From assembly GCA_033551855.1 (NCBI GenBank), contig JAWSUI010000013.1, positions 1-64,000 of the forward strand: a DNA stretch of 64,000 bases. The letters run 5' to 3'. The first letter of the stretch is position 1. The number at the start of each line of letters is the position of its first letter. Of this stretch, positions 9,328 to 21,926 are shown in pieces. A program made the position numbers and the translations under genes. The notes under the pieces were generated by a model that made no database searches, had not been told where the DNA came from, and saw nothing but the letters and a program-made list of their open reading frames with translations. The DNA comes from Deferrisomatales bacterium. GTDB taxonomy: Bacteria; Desulfobacterota; Deferrisomatia; Deferrisomatales; JACRMM01.

Positions 9328-10341
9328 TTATCGGCCGATGAGCTCTGCAAAATCGACAAGACGGGCGGAGTAACCCCATTCGTTGTCATACCAGGCAAGG
9401 ACTTTGACGATTCTACTGTTCAGAACAATGGTGCTCTGTGCGTCGATGATGCATGAGTGGGGATCGCCGATGATATCCTGGGAAACGAGCGCCTCGTCCG
9501 TCACCCGCAGGATCCCTTGCAGGGGAGACCTCTCCGCTGCCTCCCGCAACGCTGCGTTAACCTGTTCGGGAGTCACGTTTTTATCCAGGGAAACCATCAT
9601 GTCGGTAACCGAGCCGTTGGGGACGGGAACCCGCATGGCCATGCCGGTGATCTTTCCCTGCAACTGCGGCAGGACCACTTCGGTGGCTTTGGCGGCGCCG
9701 GTGGTGGTTGGGATGATGGACAGGGCGGCCGCCCGGCCGCGGCGCCTATGGCGCGTTGGCATGTCCATCAACGACTGGCTCGAGGTGTACGCATGGACAG
9801 TGGTGAACATGAGAAACTGCACACCGAACGATTCGTGAAGCACCTTGGCTGCCGGCGCCAAACAGTTGGTTGTGCAGGAGGCCATGGAGACAATCTGATG
9901 GGATTCCGGTAGATAACTCTCCTCGTTGACGCCCAGGACAATCATTGCGTCGGCATCGTCGGAGGGGGCGGAGATGATCACGCGCCGTGCGCCCGCCTCC
10001 AGGTGGCCCGCAGCCTTGGCACGGCTGCGGAAGGCTCCGCTGCATTCGATGACAATATCCGCCCCCGTGTTCTTCCAGGGTATCTTTTTCGGGTCCGGGC
10101 TCGAGAAGAAAGGAATCGTTTGTTGGTCCACCTGGATCGTGTTTTCCTGTGCGGCAACCTTTCTTGGATACCAACCATGGACCGAATCATATTTGAGGAG
10201 ATAGGCTAGGTCTTCTAGGCTGGCCAGATCATTGATTCCGACGACTTGAAAGTTCTCTTTCTGGAGCAATTGTTTGAAAACCGTTCGCCCGATACGACCG
10301 AACCCATTGATTCCTACGCGGATGACTTCTTGTCTGTTCAT
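9328..10341 (-). CDS. gap: Glyceraldehyde-3-phosphate dehydrogenase, type I
   Basis: GINGFGRIGR, ASCTTNCLAP, WYDNEWGYS. Confidence 0.95.
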   Translation of the reverse strand: MNRQEVIRVGINGFGRIGRTVFKQLLQKENFQVVGINDLASLEDLAYLLKYDSVHGWYPRKVAAQENTIQVDQQTIPFFSSPDPKKIPWKNTGADIVIECSGAFRSRAKAAGHLEAGARRVIISAPSDDADAMIVLGVNEESYLPESHQIVSMASCTTNCLAPAAKVLHESFGVQFLMFTTVHAYTSSQSLMDMPTRHRRRGRAAALSIIPTTTGAAKATEVVLPQLQGKITGMAMRVPVPNGSVTDMMVSLDKNVTPEQVNAALREAAERSPLQGILRVTDEALVSQDIIGDPHSCIIDAQSTIVLNSRIVKVLAWYDNEWGYSARLVDFAELIGR

Positions 10342-10411
10342 GCGTTGTTTTCCTTTCGTGACATGTTGACAAATGACCAAACCAACAAAAAAGCCGCACT
10401 CTTCTCATGAC

Positions 10412-10573
10412 ACTGTCCCTGCTGCCGGCGACCAGCACGCTGCTTCGGCTGGACTCGGCCGCAGCCACGCCCACGATCAGGCTGGCGGTCGATACGATGC
10501 CGTCGTTGGCACCCAGGACGGCGGCGCGGAGCCAGCCGATGCGCTGTGTCCGGTGTCTTTCAACCATTGCCAT
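10412..10573 (-). pseudogene. N-terminal fragment of VIT1/CCC1 family transporter
   Basis: [35 protein letters not shown]...VLVAG, then similarity stops after about 50 aa. Confidence 0.8.
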
Positions 10574-12176
10574 GATGAAGGCTGTCCGGCTGGCCCGTGT
10601 CGGCTTGGGCCTGGTCTGGGGATCGCGACCTGGGCGTGGCTTCCGGTCTGGGCTGGAAGCGAGCCAGCGCCTGGCGGGCGAGGCGGAGGATTGCTTCGCG
10701 GTCCTCGCCGCTCAGTCTTGCGGCCGTATCAAGGCGTTTGTGCACCTCGGCTGGGATATCCGCCGCCGCCTCGCGCACGGCGTGCTCGGCTTCGGTCATC
10801 CGATCCAGCGGCACGGGGTCGAAGAGGTCCGCGGTCAGCGACAGCAGCACGGCGATTTGCGCGGGCACCGGCACCGGGGCAAACTCCGGCTGCTTGAGGC
10901 ACGCGCGAATGCGCCGTCCGTGCTCGATGATCTGGAGGGTGTCTTCGTCCAGGCGGGCGCCGAACCGGGCAAAGGTCTCCAGTTCCTCGAACTGGGCGTA
11001 GGCGAGCTTCAGATCGCCCGCCACCGCGCGGTACGCGGCCCGCTGTGCCTTGCCGCCGACGCGCGAAACGGACTTTCCCACATCGACCGCGGGCAGCACG
11101 CCCAGCTCGAACAGGGACGGGGAGAGGTAGACCTGTCCGTCCGTGATGGAGATCAGGTTGGTCGGAATGTAGGCGGAGATGTTCTGAGCCTCGGTCTCGA
11201 TGATGGGCAGGGCGGTCAGGGAGCCCCCGCCGAGCTCCTTGCGCAAGTGGGTTGCGCGTTCGAGCAGGCGCGAGTGGATGTAGAAGATGTCGCCGGGGAA
11301 GGCTTCCCGGCCGGGTGGGCGGCGCAGCAGGAGGGACAGCTCTCGATAGGCGCGGGCGTGCTGCGTGAGGTCGTCGTAGACGATGAGCACGTCGCGACCG
11401 GCTTCCATGAAATGCTCCGCGATGCTGGTCGCGGCGTAGGGCGCGATGTAGGCCAGGCCCGGCGGGTCGTTGCCCTCGGTCACGACCACGACGGTGTACT
11501 CCAGCGCTCCCTTCTCCCGCAGGATCGCCGAGGTCTTCGCCACGGAGGCGGCGCGTTGGCCGACCGCGCAGTACACGCACAGCACGTCCTGGCCGCGTTG
11601 ATTGAGAATCGTATCGAGCGCGATGGCGGTCTTGCCGGTCTGCCGGTCCCCCAGGATCAACTCGCGCTGGCCGCGTCCGATGGGGATGAGCGCATCGATG
11701 ACCTTGAGGCCGGTCTGGAGCGGCTCGGTGACCGGCGCGCGGTCCATGATGGGCGCGGCGGGGCGCTCGATGGGCAGGCGCGCGGCGGCGGCCACCGGCC
11801 CGCCGCCATCGAGCGGCCGGCCGAGAGGGTCGATGAGGCGCCCTAGCAGGCCGTCGCCCACGGCCACGTCCATGACCCGGCCCGTGCGCTCGACCTCGTC
11901 GCCCGCGTTCAGATGCCAGTACTCCCCGAGCAGCACCACGCCGACTTCGTCCGCGTCCACGTTGAACGCGATGCCGAACACGCCGCCGGGAAACTGCAAC
12001 AGCTCGTCGAACCCCACCCCGGGCAGGCCGGAGACCCGTGCGATGCCCGTGGAGACGCTGGTGATCGTGCCCACTTCGCGCGGCGCGAGTTGGGGCGCGT
12101 AGGTTTCCCTCACCCGGCGTATGCCGGCAAATGCCTGCTCGAAGACGTCCCGGAGGCTCTCGGGTTCCAGGCTCAC
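10560..12176 (-). CDS. atpA: N-type ATPase alpha subunit
   Basis: [43 protein letters not shown]. Confidence 0.97.
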   Translation of the reverse strand: MSLEPESLRDVFEQAFAGIRRVRETYAPQLAPREVGTITSVSTGIARVSGLPGVGFDELLQFPGGVFGIAFNVDADEVGVVLLGEYWHLNAGDEVERTGRVMDVAVGDGLLGRLIDPLGRPLDGGGPVAAAARLPIERPAAPIMDRAPVTEPLQTGLKVIDALIPIGRGQRELILGDRQTGKTAIALDTILNQRGQDVLCVYCAVGQRAASVAKTSAILREKGALEYTVVVVTEGNDPPGLAYIAPYAATSIAEHFMEAGRDVLIVYDDLTQHARAYRELSLLLRRPPGREAFPGDIFYIHSRLLERATHLRKELGGGSLTALPIIETEAQNISAYIPTNLISITDGQVYLSPSLFELGVLPAVDVGKSVSRVGGKAQRAAYRAVAGDLKLAYAQFEELETFARFGARLDEDTLQIIEHGRRIRACLKQPEFAPVPVPAQIAVLLSLTADLFDPVPLDRMTEAEHAVREAAADIPAEVHKRLDTAARLSGEDREAILRLARQALARFQPRPEATPRSRSPDQAQADTGQPDSLHHGNG

Positions 12177-13030
12177 GGGCTCCCCGTGTCGGTCTCGGGT
12201 GCTTGCGTTCCGAAAACGGACTCGGGGTCGGGCCCGGCCTCGGTCTTGGCTTCAGGCTCGGGTTCGGGCTTGCCCCCCTCTTTCAGGAGCTCGCCAACGC
12301 CCTTTTCCAGCGACGTCAGATACTCCGCGATGCTCCAGGCCACCTTCTGTCCATTGGTGGTGAGCTCGATCCCGCCGATCACCTCCGGCGCGGTCTCGAA
12401 CCGGAGCTGGATCTGCGCCGAGAAGGTTTCGTCGAGCGCACTCTGAATCGCAGCGCGTTGCGCCGCAGGCAAGGCGAACGCGCTGCGCACCAGCGCGGAA
12501 TCGGGTGCGGTCTTGAGGGCAGCGGCGAGGAGCTCCTTCTCGGGGCCGTCCAGCGCGCGCAAGCGGCGCGTGAACACCTCGCCCAGGCGTTCTTCCAGGC
12601 TCGTGGCGGCGAGATCCGTCAGCGCCTGGCGGGCGATGGCGAACACCTCCTGCTGGGCTTGGAGGCGGAGGGCTTGATTCAGATTGTGGGCCTCGTTCCG
12701 GAGCGCCTCCTGCCGTTTGGCACGCAAGGCGTCGGCTGCCTGCCGTGCTTCGTCGAGCAGGCGCTGACGTTCGGCCTCCGCCTCCTGTGTCGCCTGGCTC
12801 AGGAGTGCGGCGCGCTGTCGATCGAACTCCTGATTCTTCCGCTGGAACTCGCTGCGCTCCCCTTGTGCCTCGGCCCGTTTCGTTTCGGCGTCCGCGAGCT
12901 CCGCGGCGATGCGCTGCTCCCGCGCGTCGATGGCGTGGAGGATCGGCTTGTAGAGAAAGCGCTTCATCAACCACACCAGGATGAGGAAGTTGAGCGCCTG
13001 CGCACCGATGGTGAACCAATCGAAGAGCAT
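12173..13030 (-). CDS. atpF: N-type ATPase b subunit (long, b/delta-like)
   Basis: [26 protein letters not shown], coiled coil, C-terminal [17 protein letters not shown]. Confidence 0.92.
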   Translation of the reverse strand: MLFDWFTIGAQALNFLILVWLMKRFLYKPILHAIDAREQRIAAELADAETKRAEAQGERSEFQRKNQEFDRQRAALLSQATQEAEAERQRLLDEARQAADALRAKRQEALRNEAHNLNQALRLQAQQEVFAIARQALTDLAATSLEERLGEVFTRRLRALDGPEKELLAAALKTAPDSALVRSAFALPAAQRAAIQSALDETFSAQIQLRFETAPEVIGGIELTTNGQKVAWSIAEYLTSLEKGVGELLKEGGKPEPEPEAKTEAGPDPESVFGTQAPETDTGSP

Positions 13031-13033
13031 GGG

Positions 13034-13315
13034 CTAGTTTCCCGCGGTCTGGGCGATCACGTGATTCCAGAACGGATTGGCGAAAAGGAGGATCATCGAG
13101 ACCACGAAACAGTAGATGGCCGTGGACTCGATCATGGCCAGGCCGACGAAGAGCGTTCGGGTGATGGTGGCGGAGGCGTCGGGCTGCTGGGCCAGCGACC
13201 CGAGCGCGGTCGAGACCGCCTTGCCCTCGCCCAGGGCCGGGGCCATGGTGCCGAACGCGGTGGTGATACCGGCGGTGACGATGGACGCCACCGCGATGAT
13301 CGTCATGCTATCCAC
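13034..13315 (-). CDS. atpE: N-type ATPase c subunit
   Basis: PALGEG...AQQPDA...GLAMIESTAIY. Confidence 0.95.
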   Translation of the reverse strand: MDSMTIIAVASIVTAGITTAFGTMAPALGEGKAVSTALGSLAQQPDASATITRTLFVGLAMIESTAIYCFVVSMILLFANPFWNHVIAQTAGN

Positions 13316-13339
13316 GGGGTCTCCTTTGGTTGTCGGGCT

Positions 13340-14053
13340 TCACGCCTGCCGTGCACCGATTCCGGCTTCGGCTTTCGAAGGCCTCGGCTTTCGAACCTGG
13401 GTGGCGGCCGCAATGTACACGGCGGCCAGGATACTGAAGATGTAGGCCTGCACCATCCCGGTGAGCAGACCAAGCGCCATCATGATGATCGGAAAGATGA
13501 AGGGGGTGATGGTGAGCAGGATGCCCAGGATCATCGCCCCGCTCATCATGTTGCCGAACAGGCGCACGGCCAGGGCGAGCGTGCGCGACAGCTCGCTGAT
13601 GACGTTGAACGGCAGCATGATGAACGTCGGCTGCACATAGTTCTTGAGGTAGCCGACCATGCCCTGCTCTGCGATGCCGAAGAGCGGCACGGCAACGAAC
13701 ACACACAGCGCGAGTGCCGCCGTGGTCGAGAGCGAGCCCGTCGGCGGCTGGTAGCCGGGGATCACGGTGAAGAGAGCGGACGTGGCAATGAACAGGAAGA
13801 GCGTCCCGAGAAAGCCCAGATACCTTCTCGGTTGGTCCAGTCCCACCTCCTGGATCTGCCCCTCGATCGCGGCGACGATGATCTCCAGCAGGTTCTGCCA
13901 GCGGGACCGTGCCAGGCCGGTGGAAAGGTTTCGCGTGACCAGCTTCGCACCCACGGCCAGCACGAGCATCACCCCCCAGGTGAACACAATGGTAGCGTTG
14001 AGCTTGAGAAAGCCCTGCTGCCAGAAGATGATCTCGTCAGGGCTGAGGCGCAT
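13340..14053 (-). CDS. atpB: N-type ATPase a subunit
   Basis: SELSRTLALAVRLFGNMMSG, VQAYIFSILAAVYI. Confidence 0.95.
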   Translation of the reverse strand: MRLSPDEIIFWQQGFLKLNATIVFTWGVMLVLAVGAKLVTRNLSTGLARSRWQNLLEIIVAAIEGQIQEVGLDQPRRYLGFLGTLFLFIATSALFTVIPGYQPPTGSLSTTAALALCVFVAVPLFGIAEQGMVGYLKNYVQPTFIMLPFNVISELSRTLALAVRLFGNMMSGAMILGILLTITPFIFPIIMMALGLLTGMVQAYIFSILAAVYIAAATQVRKPRPSKAEAGIGARQA

Positions 14054-14357
14054 GGCGGGCCACCTGCGGTGGCGGGTGATGGGGTTGGACTGGAGGGCCC
14101 GTCAGCCGCGTCACGGTGAAACGCGCGACGGCAAAGCCGAGGAGGCACGCCAGCAGCCGCTCCCAGTGCCCACCCCCGACAACGTGGAAACCCGCCAGGA
14201 CAATGGCCATCCGCAGCACGAAACTGCCGCAGAACCAGAGCGCCGGCCGCCGGGACGCAATGCCCTTGCGAACCGTCCACCACAGGCCGCCGAAGAACAC
14301 CCCCCCGAGCAAGGCGCCCGCCACCGAGGCCAGTGCCAACCCCGCAGTGTCATTCAT
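14037..14357 (-). CDS. atpR: N-ATPase AtpR subunit
   Basis: LLGGVFFGGLWWTVR...SFVLR; located between atpQ and atpB. Confidence 0.85.
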   Translation of the reverse strand: MNDTAGLALASVAGALLGGVFFGGLWWTVRKGIASRRPALWFCGSFVLRMAIVLAGFHVVGGGHWERLLACLLGFAVARFTVTRLTGPPVQPHHPPPQVARHAPQP

Positions 14358-14680
14358 CCGGATTCTCCTCTTCCTCCCGCATGGCCGAGCCTTCCCTCGC
14401 GACCCAGTGCCATGCGTTCAGGCAACCGATCGTGAGCCCGGCCACCAAGAGTGCCAGCGTCCAGGAAAGGCGGCCCGGGTAGTGTTTGTCCAACCAGAAA
14501 CCCAGCGCCGCGCCGAGCAGGGTCGGAATGGCCACCGACCAGCCCACGAGCCCCATCATGCCCAGGCCGAACCAGACTCCCCGCGTCGGGCTGCGCTGCA
14601 CCTTGAGCTTGCGCTTTGCCTTCGCGCCGACCTGCTCGGCAAAGCTCGGCCCCCGTTCCGGGGGTTTCCGGGCCGGCTCG

Positions 14681-14688
<8 letters not shown>
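14350..14688 (-). CDS. atpQ: N-ATPase AtpQ (AtpI/AtpZ-like)
   Basis: WFGLGMMGLVGWSVAIPTLLG...GCLNAWHWV. Confidence 0.85.
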
Positions 14689-16559
<1,871 letters not shown>

Positions 16560-16678
16560 TCACCCATCGTCAGCCTGGATCAGGTCCACGGGTCGCCTCC
16601 GGCAGCGATCCGTGGGTGTTGCCGGAGCGAAGAGTAGCAGGATGTCGGCTGTGTGCCAGAGGCGGCCGGGAGGGAGAT

Positions 16679-19348
16679 CTACACGAGCTCCTGTTCGATG
16701 CGGTAGACCCCTTCCCCCAGGTCCTGCACGACGGTGAAGCCGAGCTTCCTCGCTAGGCTCAGCATGCCCTCGTTCTCCGGGAGGACCATCCCCGTGATCC
16801 TCTTCAGGCCGCGCTCCCGCGCGATCTCCATGCCTACGCTCACGAGCTTGCGTCCCAGGCCCTGGCGCTGGTAGTAGTCGCCCACCACCACGGCGAGCTC
16901 GGCCTCTTCCCAGGCCGATGAGACATGGAGGTGGCACATGGCGAGGAGCCGCTCGCCCCCCGGGGGCTCCTCCATGGCCACCAGGGCGATCTGCCGGTCG
17001 TAGTCCACCTGGCAGAACCGGGCGAGCTGCTCGTGGCCCATGGTCTTGATGAGGTGGAAGAAGCGAAAGTAGATCGTTTTGGCCGAGAGCCCGTCGAAGA
17101 GCTCCTGGACCATCGGCTCATCCTCGGGGCGGATGGGCCGCACGAGCACGGGGGTGCCCGACGCCATGACCCAGTGGCGCTCGTACTGGGTGGGGTAGGG
17201 GCGAATGACCAGGTGGTCGGGGCTCTGCACCGCGGTGGGCTCGAGCAGCACCCGGCCATCCACCGCCAGGACGTCTTGTCCGGAGAGGATCAAGGGGTTG
17301 ATGTCGAGCTCGGCAATCTCGGGGAAGTCGGAGACGAGGTACGCCAGCCGCACGACCACTTCTTGCAGGAGCTCCAGGTTGGCCGGAGGCCGGTTGCGGT
17401 AGCCTTTGAGCAGCTGATAGACCTTGGTGGATTCGATGAGCCGGCGCGCCAGCAACATGTTCATGGGCGGCAGGCCGATGGCCTTGTCGCGCAGGATCTC
17501 CGTGAGAATGCCCCCCATCCCGAAGAGGACGGTGGGGCCGAAGTCTGCGTCCTTCTTGCTCCCCACGATCACCTCGTGGTCCACCCGCTCCACCATGGGC
17601 TGCAGGGTGACCCCCAGGATGTGGGCATCGGGCTTGTACTGGCGGGCGTTCTCCAGCACCTTCCGGTAGGCGGTGCGCACGTCTTCGGCTGTGTGCAGGT
17701 TGAGCTGGATGCCTCCGGCGTCCGACTTGTGGCTGATGTCCCGGGAGTGGATCTTCAAGACGATGGGGTAGCCGATCTCGTCCGCCCGCTCCACCGCCTG
17801 CTCCTCCGAGGTGGCGACCTCGGTGCGGTTGACCGGGATGCCGTAGGCGGCCAGGAGCCCCTTGGCCTCGGTCTCGGTGAGCAAGAGCTGCTTGCGGTCG
17901 AGGGAGGCCTCGACGATCGCCCGGGCCCGCTTGCGGTCGAACAGGAGGTTGGGGGGGAGGTTGGGCGGGGTCTCCTGGAGAAGCTCGAGGTTCTTCGAGT
18001 ACAGGTGCATGTACATGAGGGTGTTGACGGCGCGCTCCGGGGTCTCGAACACCGGCACGCCGGCCTCGTTCAGCGTCCGGATGCCCTCCGCCACGTCCAT
18101 CCCCCCCATCCAGACCGCGCAGGCCGGGGTCTCGGACGCCTGGATCACGGGCACGATCTCCCGGGCCGCGGCGGCCGGGTCGGTCATGGCCTGGGGGGCC
18201 AGCACCACCACCAGACCATCCACCTCGGGGGCGGCCAGGAGGATGCGGGCAGCGTCGCGGTAGCGCTCCGCGGGGGCGTCTCCCAGGATGTCCACGGGGT
18301 TGCCGCGGCTCCAGGCCGCCGGGAGCACGCCGTCGAGGGCCGCGATGGTCTCGGGCCCGAGCTCCGCCGGGGTGCGATTCCACTCGTGCAGGGCATCGGC
18401 CGTCATCACCCCGGGCCCTCCGGCGTTGGTCAGGATCGCGAGCCGTGGCCCCCGTCCCTTGCCTTGTTTGGCCAGGGCTTCGGCGCAGTCGAAGAGCTCC
18501 CCCAGGGTGTTCACCCGGATCACGCCGGCCCGGGCGAAGGCGGCGTCGTACACCTCGTCGTCTCCCACCAAAGAGCCCGTGTGGCTCGCCGCGGCCTTGG
18601 CGCCGGCGGCGCTGCGCCCCGCCTTGACCACGATGATGGGTTTCACGCGGCTCACCGCGCGGGCGGCGCTCATGAACTTTCGCATGTGGGTCAGGGCCTC
18701 CACGTAGAGCAGGATCGAATCCACGTCGGCCCGGTTGCCCAGGTAGTCCACGAGGTCGGCGAAATCCACGTCGGCCATGGCGCCGATGGAGACGAAGTGG
18801 CTGAACCCGATCTTGCCGGCCATGGCCCGGTCCAGGATGACCGTGCAGATGGCCCCGCTCTGGCTCAGGAGCGCCACGCGGCCCGGGTAGCACATGTGGG
18901 CGGCGAACGAGGCGTTGAGCTTTACCCCGGGAACGATGATGCCCAGGCAGTTGGGGCCCAGGAGCCGGATGCCGGTGCGGCGGGCGGTCTCCACGATCTC
19001 GGCCTCGACCCGGGCGCCCTCGCCCCCCACCTCGCGCCCCCCGGCCGAGATCACGATCGCCGCCCCGACCTGCACCTGGGCGGCCTCTTCGAGCACCGCC
19101 GGCACGTTGGCGATGGGGACCGCGATGATGGCCAGATCCACGCTCGCCCCGATGGCGGCGAGGTTCGGATGGCACGCAAGTCCCAGGACGTCGGGATACT
19201 TGGGGTTCACGGGATGAATGGGGCCGGCAACGCCGCCGCCCACCAGGTTGCGCAGGATCGCGTGCCCCACCGTTCCTTCCCGGGGCGTCGCGCCCACCAC
19301 CGCGACCGATCGGGGTTCGAAGAGTTTTTCGAGATTTCGGGTGCTCAT
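16679..19348 (-). CDS. ADP-forming acyl-CoA ligase (alpha+beta) fused to C-terminal GNAT (Pat/YfiQ-type protein acetyltransferase)
   Basis: GPNCLG, SQSGA, ASHTGS, HKSDAGG, ELDINPL, then RPIRPEDE...QRQGLG GNAT domain. Confidence 0.92.
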   Translation of the reverse strand: MSTRNLEKLFEPRSVAVVGATPREGTVGHAILRNLVGGGVAGPIHPVNPKYPDVLGLACHPNLAAIGASVDLAIIAVPIANVPAVLEEAAQVQVGAAIVISAGGREVGGEGARVEAEIVETARRTGIRLLGPNCLGIIVPGVKLNASFAAHMCYPGRVALLSQSGAICTVILDRAMAGKIGFSHFVSIGAMADVDFADLVDYLGNRADVDSILLYVEALTHMRKFMSAARAVSRVKPIIVVKAGRSAAGAKAAASHTGSLVGDDEVYDAAFARAGVIRVNTLGELFDCAEALAKQGKGRGPRLAILTNAGGPGVMTADALHEWNRTPAELGPETIAALDGVLPAAWSRGNPVDILGDAPAERYRDAARILLAAPEVDGLVVVLAPQAMTDPAAAAREIVPVIQASETPACAVWMGGMDVAEGIRTLNEAGVPVFETPERAVNTLMYMHLYSKNLELLQETPPNLPPNLLFDRKRARAIVEASLDRKQLLLTETEAKGLLAAYGIPVNRTEVATSEEQAVERADEIGYPIVLKIHSRDISHKSDAGGIQLNLHTAEDVRTAYRKVLENARQYKPDAHILGVTLQPMVERVDHEVIVGSKKDADFGPTVLFGMGGILTEILRDKAIGLPPMNMLLARRLIESTKVYQLLKGYRNRPPANLELLQEVVVRLAYLVSDFPEIAELDINPLILSGQDVLAVDGRVLLEPTAVQSPDHLVIRPYPTQYERHWVMASGTPVLVRPIRPEDEPMVQELFDGLSAKTIYFRFFHLIKTMGHEQLARFCQVDYDRQIALVAMEEPPGGERLLAMCHLHVSSAWEEAELAVVVGDYYQRQGLGRKLVSVGMEIARERGLKRITGMVLPENEGMLSLARKLGFTVVQDLGEGVYRIEQELV

Positions 19349-19811
19349 GGCCTGCCTCGATTTCGCGGTCTTGTTTTGAATCCTGCCAAGGAATGAAGAG
19401 TGCCGGTCCGTTGAGGACCTCGGCGCATTTCACGTCACGATCGTCCAGATTCTTGGCGCGGGTGGCGACCCGACTCGGGCGCTTTGCGCGGGCCCCCTGC
19501 GCAGCCGGCTTTCAAAACCGGTCGCTGCCGAGGGCCCGCCTGTGAGCTCGCCAGGCTCAAAATCGAAGAGTTTCAGGCGGGGGCGCGCCTCTCTTCCTCG
19601 CTCCGGTGGTCAGGTGTCCCAGGAGGGTATCTCCCCGGGACCTTGCGTCAACCGGTCCACGGATCGGCGTTCGCGTCCGCGAGACCACGGCCCGCCGCTT
19701 GCGGTCCCGAGAAGTCCCTGTAACGTCTGACACGTTAACCAACTTGGCCGCCGTCTTGGCGTTTCCGAGGGCTACTGCTCCTGGCCCCACTTGAGAAGAG
19801 GAGAGCATCCC

Positions 19812-20129
19812 TTGACCGGAGTCGCTCGCATCTCGCCCCAGGAAGCGCACGAGAAGGTCCAGAACGGGCAGGCCCTCCTCGTCTGCGCCTACGCAGAACC
19901 TTTGAGATTCCAGGCCTTGCAACTCGAGGGCGCGATCTCTCTCCAGGAGTTTCGGTCCCATGGGGCCTCGATGTCCTGGGATCAGGAGATCGTCTTCTAC
20001 TGCGCGTCCCCCGACGAGGAGATCGCCGCCGGCGAGGCGGCCAAGAGCATCGCCCTGGGATTTTCGAACGCCAAGGCGCTGCGCGGGGGCGTGGAGGGGT
20101 GGAAGGCCGCGGGGTACCCTCTCGTCTAG
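19812..20129 (+). CDS. Rhodanese-like single-domain protein
   Basis: ALLVCAY...LEGAISL...EIVFYCASP...ALRGGVEGWK.AG; TTG start after GAGGAG. Confidence 0.8.
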   Translation: MTGVARISPQEAHEKVQNGQALLVCAYAEPLRFQALQLEGAISLQEFRSHGASMSWDQEIVFYCASPDEEIAAGEAAKSIALGFSNAKALRGGVEGWKAAGYPLV

Positions 20130-20172
20130 CCGGCGTGCGGCTTCCTTGGCTGTCCGAACCAGGAATCGCGCG

Positions 20173-21645
20173 ATGGAAAGGGCTCTATTGAACGGCTTGG
20201 AACCGATGCTCGCCGCCTGGCCCTACCTGCTCGCGGCGCTCTACTCGGTGGTCTCCTTGACCGCGTCAGGCCACGCCGTGTTGCACAAGCGCGACACCCG
20301 CGCCGCCATCGGCTGGGCCGGGCTGATCTGGCTGACGCCGATCCTCGGTACGCTTCTCTACGTCTGGCTCGGGATCAACCGAATCGAGCGGCGCGCCCGG
20401 ACGCTGCGCACCCGGCGCCCGGCGTCGGGGCCACCCACGGGTCTGTGCGAGTGTTCCGCCGAGGTGCTGGAAAACGCGCTCACCGCGCAGGGGATCCACC
20501 TCGTCTCTCTGGTCCGGCTGGTGGGCAACGTGACGCGGGGGCCGCTGGTTGCCGGCAACCGCATTACACCCCTGGTGAACGGCGGCCAAGCCTACCCCGC
20601 CATGCTCTCGGCGATCGACGAAGCCTCGCGATCCGTCACCCTGACCACGTACATCTTCGAGAACGACCGGGCGGGCCGGCGCTTTCTGGAGGCGCTCCAG
20701 GGGGCGATGGCTCGGGGGGTGGAGGTGCGTCTGCTCCTCGACGACGTGGGGGCGCGCTACAGCTGGCGGCCGGTGCCGCGATTGCTCCGGGAGGCGGGCA
20801 TTCCCGTCGCGACGTTTCTCCCCACGCGCATCCCCTGGCGGTTCCAGTACTCGAACCTGAGGAGCCACCGCAAGATCCTGGTGGCGGACGGGGTCGTCGG
20901 CTTCACGGGCGGCATGAACATCTACGAGGGCAACTGCCTGGAGCTCGAGCCCGGCCACCCCGTCCAGGATCTGCACTTCAGGCTCACGGGGCCCGTGGTG
21001 GCCCAGCTCCAGGCGGCGTTCGCCGAGGACTGGGCCTTCTGCACCGGGGAGCCCTTGCAGGGGGCACCGTGGTTCGGGGAGCTGGAGCCCGCGGGCCCCG
21101 TGCTGGCGCGCGGGATCGCCGACGGGCCGGACGACGACTTCGAGAAGCTGCGCCTGGCGATCCTCGGGGCCATCGCCTGCGCTCGCGCGTCCATCCTCGT
21201 CGTCACCCCCTACTTCCTGCCCGATGCGTCGGTCATCACGGCCCTGAACGTGGCGGCCCTGCGGGGCGTCGCCGTGGACATCGTCCTGCCCGAGGAGAAC
21301 GACCTGCGGCTGGTCAAATGGGCTTCCACGGCCCTTCTGGGCCAGGTGCTGGAGCGGGGCTGCCGGGTCTGGTCCTCGCCGGCGCCCTTCGATCACACGA
21401 AGCTGATGCTGGTGGACGGGGTGTGGACGCTGCTCGGTTCCGCCAACTGGGACCCCCGGAGCCTGCGGCTCAACTTCGAGTTCAACGTCGAGTGTTACGA
21501 CCGCGAGCTCACGACCACGCTCACCGAGCACGTTCAGGGCAAGATCCGGCAGTCTCGCCCGGTGAGCCTGGCCGATGTCGAAGGGCGCAGCCTGCCCGTT
21601 AAGCTTCGAGACGGGGTGGCGCGCTTGTGCTCGCCGTACCTCTGA
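20173..21645 (+). CDS. cls: Cardiolipin synthase (PLD family)
   Basis: Two N-terminal TM segments; two HKD motifs (SHRKILVAD, DHTKLMLVD). Confidence 0.9.
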   Translation: MERALLNGLEPMLAAWPYLLAALYSVVSLTASGHAVLHKRDTRAAIGWAGLIWLTPILGTLLYVWLGINRIERRARTLRTRRPASGPPTGLCECSAEVLENALTAQGIHLVSLVRLVGNVTRGPLVAGNRITPLVNGGQAYPAMLSAIDEASRSVTLTTYIFENDRAGRRFLEALQGAMARGVEVRLLLDDVGARYSWRPVPRLLREAGIPVATFLPTRIPWRFQYSNLRSHRKILVADGVVGFTGGMNIYEGNCLELEPGHPVQDLHFRLTGPVVAQLQAAFAEDWAFCTGEPLQGAPWFGELEPAGPVLARGIADGPDDDFEKLRLAILGAIACARASILVVTPYFLPDASVITALNVAALRGVAVDIVLPEENDLRLVKWASTALLGQVLERGCRVWSSPAPFDHTKLMLVDGVWTLLGSANWDPRSLRLNFEFNVECYDRELTTTLTEHVQGKIRQSRPVSLADVEGRSLPVKLRDGVARLCSPYL

Positions 21646-21926
21646 CCCCCCCCGTGGCGAGCCGGCGTGTCCCTGCCCCAAACGGCCGGTGTGCCGGCTC
21701 GCGGGAACTCCGGTGCACAACAACATTGGCCCTGTGAGGGCAGTCCATGCCGGGACCCACCAGACGTTTAGCGGGTGCCGGGCTTTACACGGCACGGGAT
21801 CGCGGTATGGTGCTCCGGTACCGGAGGGCTCCCTCGCGGGCGACGGAAGGTGGCCGCCGCCGGCCGGGGGGTGATCGGCCCTGCGGCGCGGCGCGATTTC
21901 GGACCGCAACCGAGGAGGAGGCCATC

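Noticed and set aside
19721..19737. TAACGT-N5-ACGTTA palindrome between divergent pat and rhodanese genes
   Set aside because: Single 6-bp-arm palindrome with no second copy or identifiable regulator
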